Source of the DNA: Flavobacteriales bacterium
GTDB taxonomy: Bacteria > Bacteroidota > Bacteroidia > Palsa-965
Assembly (NCBI GenBank): GCA_040377305.1
Contig: JBEIPA010000008.1
Coordinates: forward strand, 1 to 64,000
Length of the DNA: 64,000 nt
Direction: 5' to 3'
Shown here: positions 56,772 through 64,000 of the stretch, one piece after another
How positions within the stretch are numbered: position 1 is the stretch's first letter
How the letters are laid out: each line of letters starts with the position of its first letter
The notes under the pieces: generated by a model
The model's database searches: none
What the model was told of the DNA's origin: nothing
Seen by the model: the letters and a program-made list of their open reading frames with translations, nothing else
Translations under genes and position numbers: made by a program

Positions 56772-57499
56772 AATACGGAATTATCAAACTCGCAGCGGTT
56801 TCTTGTCGCGCTGAAGCCTCTCACAAGTCGGAACAGATCAATCAGCTTATTTTTGGCGATCTCTATTCTGTAATCGAAGAATCAGCGGACTGGCTCAAGG
56901 TAAAAGCCGACTACGATAATTACGAAGGTTGGATTCATCGCAAACATCATTCTGAAATTACAGCGAAAGAATTCAAAGCCTTGCAAAAAGTGAAAGCTCC
57001 GGTAACACTCAATCTGCTGGGACAGGTAAAAAACAAAACCGACAAATTCATTACGAGCATTCCGGTTGGTTCTTCACTGCGTGATTCAGGATTCACTTAT
57101 AAAGGCAAGAAAGCCAAACAGTCTCGCGCGAACATTTTCAAGTATGCACACCTATATCTGAATGCACCGTATCTCTGGGGAGGAAAAACTCCATTCGGTA
57201 TCGATTGCTCCGGATTCATGCAGATGTCGCACAAGCTCGCCGGAATAAAATTGCCCCGCGATTCATGGCAACAAGCGCTCGTTGGGAAAGCAGTTAAGAA
57301 TCTGAAGTCGGCAAAGAAGGGCGACCTGTGTTTCTTTGGTGATAGTGATAAAGTAACTCATGTAGGAATGCTGCTCAGCAAGAATACAATTATTCACGCC
57401 TCCGGACAGGTGCGCATTGATGGTATTGATGAGAATGGCATTTTTCCGGAAGAAAGCGGCAAGTACACACACAAATTAAAATCAATCCGTAGAGTCTGA
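56768..57499 (+). CDS. SH3 + NlpC/P60 (C40) cell-wall peptidase
   Basis: DNYEGWI; PYLWGG; DCSG; LPRDS; HVG; IHAS. Confidence 0.92.
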   Translation: MKYGIIKLAAVSCRAEASHKSEQINQLIFGDLYSVIEESADWLKVKADYDNYEGWIHRKHHSEITAKEFKALQKVKAPVTLNLLGQVKNKTDKFITSIPVGSSLRDSGFTYKGKKAKQSRANIFKYAHLYLNAPYLWGGKTPFGIDCSGFMQMSHKLAGIKLPRDSWQQALVGKAVKNLKSAKKGDLCFFGDSDKVTHVGMLLSKNTIIHASGQVRIDGIDENGIFPEESGKYTHKLKSIRRV

Positions 57500-57500
57500 T

Positions 57501-57986
57501 ATGTTCCTTCGCACCGAAAATTCCCGTGAAATGAAGATCATCGGCATGCGACACAGCATGTCGTTGGTGAATAACACAACTGGAGAGCTGTTCCGCACGT
57601 TTATGCAACGCAGAAATGAAATTCAGAATCGCGCTGGCTCCGATTTGTTATGCGTACAGAATTTTCCGGAAGGTTATTACCGCGCATTTAATCCGGCAAC
57701 CACATTTGAGAAATGGGCTGCGGCCGAAGTAACATCATTCGCTCTGGTGCCTAATGAAATGGAGACAGCAATCGTTCCTGCTGGATTGTACGCCGTATTT
57801 CTTTTCAAAGGAACGCCGGCAAATGCAGGTCCGTTCTTTCAGAACATTTTCATGAACTGGTTTCCATCTTCGGAATATGAACTTGATATACGTCCGCACT
57901 TCGATGTACTCGGAAGCAAATACAAGAACAATGATCCTGAATCAGAAGAGGAAATCTGGATTCCGATAAAATCGGCAGTGAAATAG
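57501..57986 (+). CDS. GyrI-like small-molecule-binding protein
   Basis: KWAAAEV, PAGLYAVF, RPHF, EEEIWIPI. Confidence 0.88.
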   Translation: MFLRTENSREMKIIGMRHSMSLVNNTTGELFRTFMQRRNEIQNRAGSDLLCVQNFPEGYYRAFNPATTFEKWAAAEVTSFALVPNEMETAIVPAGLYAVFLFKGTPANAGPFFQNIFMNWFPSSEYELDIRPHFDVLGSKYKNNDPESEEEIWIPIKSAVK

Positions 57987-57993
57987 TTGACGC

Positions 57994-59172
57994 ATGTTGT
58001 GGCAGGACTCGCTCTTCTTCATTTCACTGTATTTCATACGTCCGCTTACGGTCCTCATTCATGAATTGGGTCATGCGATTCCATTAGTACTGCTGACAAA
58101 AAATCGTGCAACTGTTTTTGTAGGTTCTTATGGCAAGCGAGAAGACTCGATGCGAATCAAATTGCCTAAAATGGAAATTTTCCTGCGTTACAACCCGTTC
58201 GGATGGAACAAAGGAGTTTGCATTCCGAGTTCAGGAGAAATACCGATTAACATTCAGATAATCTATACAGCGGGTGGCGCTTTAATTTCTTTGCTGGTAG
58301 CCGGGGTTGCATTCGGAATCAGCACAACCTATCCTGGCTATTCGTATCCTGGTTTTTTCATTGTCCTATTTCTGTTCTCGGCAATTTATGATGTGTTTCA
58401 TAACCTGATCCCCAGCGATAATCCGATTCAGCTCGACGATGGCACACAAACATACAATGATGGTAAGCAATTGCGTGATCTGTTCCGTTATGGAAAAATC
58501 AAAGGTGAACTCAAGCAAGCGTTCACCTTTTATGAAGCGAAGGAATACAGAAAAGCTGCTGAACTTCTTCGCAACAACTTACCTCAGGGCAAATCGCAAC
58601 CGCTAATTACAAAGGTCGCAGTATTCTGCATTCTGCGTGCGGGTCCAATCGAGCATGACCTCGAATTCTTAAAACGTTTGCATGCATCGAATACAATGGA
58701 TATCGATGACCTCAGCAATACGGGCACCTGTTTTGCCATGGTGAAAAGGAATGAAGAGGCTATGATATTCCTTCGGCAAGCGCTTGCCAACGATCCGGGA
58801 CATCTTTACGCTAATGCAAACATCGCGTACGTGCTGTATAACGAGGGCAAATATGAGGAGGCACTGAAAGTGTTTACCCTCGTCACCGAGATCAATGATC
58901 AGTTCTCCTATGGATTCAGCAACCGCGGAATTGTGAAAATTGAGATGGGCGATGAAGCCGGTGGACTTGCGGATATCCGTAAAGCGATGGAATTGGATCC
59001 AGACGATTCATTTTCTTACCGCAGTATGGGAATCTATCACCTGAAGAAAAATGAATTTGATGCAGCGCTTGAGATGTTCAAAAAGGCGAAACAGCTTTAC
59101 GCCAGGACCGATGGGATTGATGAGCTAATCAGACAAGCGGAAACACATGAAGTAAATCTTGATTTAATCTAG
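57994..59172 (+). CDS. M50 (site-2) metalloprotease with C-terminal TPRs
   Basis: HELGH, NLIP...NDG, TPR repeats. Confidence 0.85.
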   Translation: MLWQDSLFFISLYFIRPLTVLIHELGHAIPLVLLTKNRATVFVGSYGKREDSMRIKLPKMEIFLRYNPFGWNKGVCIPSSGEIPINIQIIYTAGGALISLLVAGVAFGISTTYPGYSYPGFFIVLFLFSAIYDVFHNLIPSDNPIQLDDGTQTYNDGKQLRDLFRYGKIKGELKQAFTFYEAKEYRKAAELLRNNLPQGKSQPLITKVAVFCILRAGPIEHDLEFLKRLHASNTMDIDDLSNTGTCFAMVKRNEEAMIFLRQALANDPGHLYANANIAYVLYNEGKYEEALKVFTLVTEINDQFSYGFSNRGIVKIEMGDEAGGLADIRKAMELDPDDSFSYRSMGIYHLKKNEFDAALEMFKKAKQLYARTDGIDELIRQAETHEVNLDLI

Positions 59173-59187
59173 ATCCATCGTTGCAAA

Positions 59188-59631
59188 TCACATTTCAGAT
59201 TGCACTAATCGAACGACGTGTTTGTCAATCGTGTAAGTCATTTGTTCAGCATCCAATTTCTCCAATGAAATCCAGCGAAATGTTTGCGCACCTTCTTCAT
59301 TCCGCGTATGCTCGAACGGAATCTCTGATGCGCGAATTTTTTCCGGCGCAGGCAGATTCGCTTTGTAATATATACTGATTAGCTGATCTTCTGCACGAAA
59401 AGCAGACTGCATGAAAAAATCGGTGGTATAAAAATGCTCCCATGAAATCGGATCCTGATCCATTTCCTCCTTACACTCGCGACGTAAACAATCGGCGATA
59501 CCTTCACCCCATTCGAGTCCGCCACCAGGAAACTTGGTCATTTTTGTTCCGCCGCGTTCTTCGTCTGTGATTAATAACTTCCCATCATAGATGATGAGCG
59601 CGTACACGCGGATGTTGAATCGCCTGGTCAT
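59188..59631 (-). CDS. NUDIX hydrolase
   Basis: PGGGLEWGEGIADCLRRECKEE Nudix box. Confidence 0.92.
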   Translation of the reverse strand: MTRRFNIRVYALIIYDGKLLITDEERGGTKMTKFPGGGLEWGEGIADCLRRECKEEMDQDPISWEHFYTTDFFMQSAFRAEDQLISIYYKANLPAPEKIRASEIPFEHTRNEEGAQTFRWISLEKLDAEQMTYTIDKHVVRLVQSEM

Positions 59632-61358
59632 TTGAAGTCTCCTTTCGGCAATGTGACATGCTGTTCAAATTTCGCAACCGGATAACGATTGTGCGAAGGT
59701 TCCTTATATGTCGATCGCTGGTAAACAAAATTCATCTGCATCCAGTGACTGTTTGCCAATGTCGTATCCACACGCTTTGCAGAATCCAGTTCCGCTTTGA
59801 TTTTCGGATTTTCTGTGATGATCTTTTCTGCCATTGGATCAAACACGTAATCGCTGAACCATTCTTTCTGACTAAGAACACCATCAAAGAAATTCCACGC
59901 GAAGAAACTATCATCACCCCTGGGATCCAATGTTTCCATGATGTAACGATTCGCAACCTGATTCAATTCGATAATGTAATCGCCACGATAAAAACGAACT
60001 GTAGCTTTCCGCTCACTCGTCTGTGTTCCGCGATGGTTGTAATGGGACTCATACGGATAGGCGGGTGTATTCACCTTTTCAAAATAACTGAAGGTAGCAT
60101 CAAGCGTCGTATCCTTTAAGAGCCTCGACATTTCAACGCGATTTACCTTCAATCGCTCAATCACCTCTGTCCATGCCTGCGGAATGATCATGACTGCAGG
60201 TTTCTTCACCGTCATTGTCGGCGCATACGTGTTGTAAAACCGAATCTTCTTTTCATACGGGTTGGTTTTATCGTAGGCCAATACAGGTAATCCCGAGACC
60301 TTTGAAATGACATGAGTCGATTCGTATCCTCTGAAGTCAAACATATCATATTTCGTCGTGTCTAGTTTCCAAGCCAGATGAAATTCAGTTTGCTTCTTAA
60401 CAGCTTCGTTGGCTTCCTTGTGCAATCGGGTAATTTCCGCACCATCCTTCGAACATTGATTGATCATCGTAACCATCAGATCGTATGTTGCCCACACCCG
60501 ATCGTTGTATGGTTTTAGCATGTGTGTTTCAGGAACGAATCCAATGCAGTTAAACAGAGCTGCATATCCCGTTGCAAAACGCGGAGTCTCCAGAAAAGCA
60601 ACAATACCCGATTCTGGAGTTTCACCCATCGTTTCAACGTATGGACAAATTGGATTTCCCAAGGCCTTCATGCCACTGTACAAGGCAGGAACCAATTTCT
60701 TGTCCATGTATTCAGAAAGAAGTGGATGAAGTTTATTCCGTTGTGTAGCGATCAAAGTCATGGTGTATTGGTAATCTGCGCCATCTGAAACGTGATTGTC
60801 AATGAGAATATCCGGCTTCCAGAACTGAAACAATTGTTGAAATGACAGCGTGTTCTGTGCATCGGCCTTAATGAAGTCGCGATTGAGATCCAGATTTTTT
60901 GCGTTACCTCTGAATCCGTATTCTGCTGGACCGTTTTGATTCGCACGTGAATTGTTCCCACGATTCAGATAACCATCAATGTTATAAATCGGAATGATGA
61001 CAAGGATCACATTTATCGGAAGTGACTTTGGATTTGAAAGGTAATATCGTGTCAGTTGAAGTGATGCATCCACACCATCCGGTTCACCGGGGTGAATTGC
61101 ATTGTTGATCATGATCACACACTTCTTCTTAATCTCCGCACCTGACGGAGAAAAAGTCTGATCCGCAGAAAGAATAGCAGCGGTTAAAGGCACCCCGGCA
61201 TCCGTCATGCCCCACTGATCAATCGACAAAATATCGCCGGGCTTATCCAACGATTTATACTCTGCAATGACTTCAGCGTACGTTTTTGAGTTTGTGAAAA
61301 CAGGACGTTGTGCTGCGAGAGTTGTGCAGATCAGCGAGAATAGAATGAGAAGGCGCAT
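59628..61358 (-). CDS. M14 family zinc carboxypeptidase
   Basis: IHPGEPDG, DLNRDF, DNH; signal peptide; ATG at 61358. Confidence 0.9.
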   Translation of the reverse strand: MRLLILFSLICTTLAAQRPVFTNSKTYAEVIAEYKSLDKPGDILSIDQWGMTDAGVPLTAAILSADQTFSPSGAEIKKKCVIMINNAIHPGEPDGVDASLQLTRYYLSNPKSLPINVILVIIPIYNIDGYLNRGNNSRANQNGPAEYGFRGNAKNLDLNRDFIKADAQNTLSFQQLFQFWKPDILIDNHVSDGADYQYTMTLIATQRNKLHPLLSEYMDKKLVPALYSGMKALGNPICPYVETMGETPESGIVAFLETPRFATGYAALFNCIGFVPETHMLKPYNDRVWATYDLMVTMINQCSKDGAEITRLHKEANEAVKKQTEFHLAWKLDTTKYDMFDFRGYESTHVISKVSGLPVLAYDKTNPYEKKIRFYNTYAPTMTVKKPAVMIIPQAWTEVIERLKVNRVEMSRLLKDTTLDATFSYFEKVNTPAYPYESHYNHRGTQTSERKATVRFYRGDYIIELNQVANRYIMETLDPRGDDSFFAWNFFDGVLSQKEWFSDYVFDPMAEKIITENPKIKAELDSAKRVDTTLANSHWMQMNFVYQRSTYKEPSHNRYPVAKFEQHVTLPKGDFK

Positions 61359-61365
61359 GACCAAA

Positions 61366-61438
61366 GATAGTTAATAGGAAATAGGCGATAGGCAATAGAA
61401 ATATCGATTTTACTATTGCCTATCGCCTATCAACTATC
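61366..61438. repeat. Inverted heptamer array (ATAGGCG/ATAGGCA family)
   Basis: Perfect 18-bp inverted repeat 61381-61398 / 61413-61430 plus outer GATAGTT/AACTATC. Confidence 0.85.
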
Positions 61439-61444
61439 GTCTGA

Positions 61445-63697
61445 TTACTCCTTAATTATCCGTTCCGAAGTCACGTAATTTCCGTGTTCATCGCGCACCA
61501 TGAGAATGTACATGCCGGTTGCGAACTCAGTAAGATCAATCTGATTATTCTTATTGAGAAATTGTCCCGACATGCAAACTTGTCCTGTGGAAGACAGTAG
61601 TTCATACGTGATCGTTTCTTCACCGAAGTTCACCACGTTCAAAACGCCCGACGTTGGATTCGGATAAACAGCAACTCCCGTTTGCTCCGGAGATTCATCA
61701 ACATCCGTAGGACAAATATTCCATCCTGCACAACCGCCCCACGTGTATGTGATCCACGGACCGTTTCCATTCGGGCAACGTCCATACGAATGATCCGATG
61801 CAAGAATTCCGAATGCGATACTATCAAGCACGACTCCTTGTGCGTTGCATAACAAAACGTACTCACCACCAGACGCCAGTTTGAAGTTGGCATGTATTTC
61901 TCCGGGATTTCCAGCATCCTCATCGGCCCATATTAATGCGAATCCGTTTGGAGGAATAACGTAAGATGGTAATGCGCATTTCAGATGATTTCCGGGATCA
62001 TCAGTGATGTACAAACCTTCGAGGTTGAGTGGAGTTCCAGTTGTGTTGAACAACTCAATCCAGTCTTCATGCGCGCCAGTTGCATCTGTGCAACCAATGA
62101 AATTATAGCTCACTAATTCATTCAGCACAACCTGACCCGCTGTAGCTGTACTAACCGAAACGTAATAATTGTAGAATTCATACTCTGCCCGTTCCGGTGA
62201 AAATATTCCGGCAGTGGGATTGTTTGCGTAGATGTAATACTGCATCAAAGGAGAAGTACCCGGCATTGCAGCACCATAAACTCCATCTGCTGCTACACCA
62301 TCGCCGTGAAGACCATCGTCGTACATCACCACCTTCGTGAATTTCTTCCAGATCTGATCGCGATAACCGAGAAAGACGGAATTAGCATTGACAACACTGC
62401 AGGTAATCCACGCAGTGTCGTTCAATACTATAGCGGCCGGTGTGGCAATGATATTCGTAATGGTTGGAGGAGTTGCCGTGAACTGAACTGTACCTTGCAG
62501 GTAAGTCTTACGCGGTTCCATAAGCGTAGTGATTCCCGGTATCATCCCGGTTGTAGTTGTAAGTCCGTTGAGAAACTGCCCGTACGTATAAAAGGGGTTG
62601 GGCTCTGCCTGCACAGAACTATCAATCAATGTCTGAAGTTGCATTGCGCGGAAATAATATGAACTGTCCGCAAAGAACTCATTCATAATCGTGCGTTCGT
62701 GTGCGATGTACTGACGATACGTAACACTATCGCTGAGCAAATTCATGATCAACGGGCGTGCACCATAATTGTAATGCAACATCGGTGTCATCGTTTGCAT
62801 GCTCGATACATTAAGATTGGATGTACCTGTATTCGTGAATCCACCGAAACACATATTCAGGTCCCACATAATCGCGTTGAAGCGTCCGTTATCATCACGA
62901 TACAGATAATAATTCTGAGAAAATGCGCCGGAGTACGAATCGAGATTTACGGTTGCGTTGTTGAATGCGATCATCCACAAAGCTCGGTCTATATCAAGTA
63001 TTGTATCGAGTTCAGCGTAGTTGTTCGCAAGTGTGTCACATAATCCAATCAAGTCCTTCCAGGCGTAGTCCGATTTCATTTCGTAACGCGTGTAGTAGTT
63101 GGCACTATCAGATCCGAGGTGAAGTAAATTCGGAACTTGTCCGCTTACAACATTTTGCGGTGTACACTTGAAAAATGAATTCGAAGAAGAATAGAAATGA
63201 TCGCTGTTGAATTCAGAATCGATGGATTGGGAATTGCTGAACAAGCCGTAATAGACACCGTTAATAGTTACGCGTGCGAAATTACACTGTGGTGCGGGCA
63301 TATAGTTGCGAACAATCTCATAGGCGAGCACTTCACGAACCATGCTCGGATCAGAATATCCGTTACCAAGCTTGATATCTTCGTATCCATCATAAGTCGC
63401 ACTTCCATGAATGTAGTCAAGTTTGATGTGTAAAGGATTTTTCGCACGACTGGAATCGTAGGAACTGTTTCCTTTGAACTTCACGCCTACGCTATCGTAC
63501 ACCACTCCGTTAATGACACACAGAGCTGCGAGTGTATAACCTTCGGCTCCTGCTTTTGCAGTATCCATCTGGTAATCCCAATTCGGTTGTGTAAAAGTGA
63601 TGTCGATTACCTGAATGGTATCAACCGCGTAAAAATTAGTCTGCGCTCCGAGCGTAATGCCTGACGCGCAGAGCAACGTGAATAGAAATTTCTTCAT
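61445..63697 (-). CDS. CotH-family kinase + lamin-tail domain + T9SS C-terminal domain
   Basis: GVKFKGNSS, RE.LAY, NLDSY, QNYYLY, WDLN; DDGLHGDG..ADGVYG; LNE...DWIELFN; VYPNP. Confidence 0.9.
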   Translation of the reverse strand: MKKFLFTLLCASGITLGAQTNFYAVDTIQVIDITFTQPNWDYQMDTAKAGAEGYTLAALCVINGVVYDSVGVKFKGNSSYDSSRAKNPLHIKLDYIHGSATYDGYEDIKLGNGYSDPSMVREVLAYEIVRNYMPAPQCNFARVTINGVYYGLFSNSQSIDSEFNSDHFYSSSNSFFKCTPQNVVSGQVPNLLHLGSDSANYYTRYEMKSDYAWKDLIGLCDTLANNYAELDTILDIDRALWMIAFNNATVNLDSYSGAFSQNYYLYRDDNGRFNAIMWDLNMCFGGFTNTGTSNLNVSSMQTMTPMLHYNYGARPLIMNLLSDSVTYRQYIAHERTIMNEFFADSSYYFRAMQLQTLIDSSVQAEPNPFYTYGQFLNGLTTTTGMIPGITTLMEPRKTYLQGTVQFTATPPTITNIIATPAAIVLNDTAWITCSVVNANSVFLGYRDQIWKKFTKVVMYDDGLHGDGVAADGVYGAAMPGTSPLMQYYIYANNPTAGIFSPERAEYEFYNYYVSVSTATAGQVVLNELVSYNFIGCTDATGAHEDWIELFNTTGTPLNLEGLYITDDPGNHLKCALPSYVIPPNGFALIWADEDAGNPGEIHANFKLASGGEYVLLCNAQGVVLDSIAFGILASDHSYGRCPNGNGPWITYTWGGCAGWNICPTDVDESPEQTGVAVYPNPTSGVLNVVNFGEETITYELLSSTGQVCMSGQFLNKNNQIDLTEFATGMYILMVRDEHGNYVTSERIIKE

Positions 63698-63707
63698 CAG
63701 CAATTTA

Positions 63708-64000
63708 TTACTCAACAACGAATTTTTCGACGCGCACGCTTCCTGAATTCGTCATGGAACGGATATAATAAACTCCACTCGCCAAAGTCTCAATATTCAA
63801 TTGCAATGAAGCCGTTGCCGACTTTACGTTCATTACTTCGCGTCCGGTGTAATCAACGATTGAAATGGTTCGCTGATCAACATAGCCGAATGTGAGATTC
63901 ACGGTTTCATTAGCTGGGTTCGGCACTACTGTAAAATTAAGCGAATTCGATTCACCGACTCCAACCGTGCTGCAAACATCACAGAAAGAGAAACACACAA
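63708..64000 (-). CDS. 3' end of a T9SS type-A sorted protein (partial; runs off the window)
   Basis: VVPNPANE...DYTGREV...GVYYI...KFVVE. Confidence 0.85.
   Translation of the reverse strand, partial: VCFSFCDVCSTVGVGESNSLNFTVVPNPANETVNLTFGYVDQRTISIVDYTGREVMNVKSATASLQLNIETLASGVYYIRSMTNSGSVRVEKFVVE

Overview
A 64-kb chromosomal segment from a Bacteroidota bacterium. This assignment rests on several T9SS type-A C-terminal domains, TAnnTTTG-type -7 promoter boxes, A-rich start regions without Shine-Dalgarno sites, and Bacteroidota-type HtpG, RecQ and DUF5777 genes. About 55 plausible CDS are present. Housekeeping genes (fused 2-oxoacid dehydrogenase E1, murQ, ABC-F, ABC exporter, rhomboid, djlA, lemA/TPM, htpG, pgeF, recQ) are interleaved with secreted and envelope genes, an Xre/RES toxin-antitoxin pair and an AAA-wHTH-nuclease gene. 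I saw no rRNA, tRNA, transposase or CRISPR array. The top candidate is a membrane-anchored leader protein ending in DPPPWLS*. Its last codons can pair (18 bp) with the translation-initiation region of the downstream TonB-dependent receptor, which suggests a ribosome-arrest RNA switch. Other candidates: (i) an operon of a peptidase-like/methyltransferase fusion, a divergent Glu racemase and an NlpC/P60 enzyme; (ii) a cluster of lipoprotein cytochromes, a beta-barrel and a T9SS-secreted cytochrome; (iii) many inverted 7-8-mer repeat elements abutting stop codons, one translated in frame inside the ABC-F gene. All calls come from reading motifs by eye; no searches were run.
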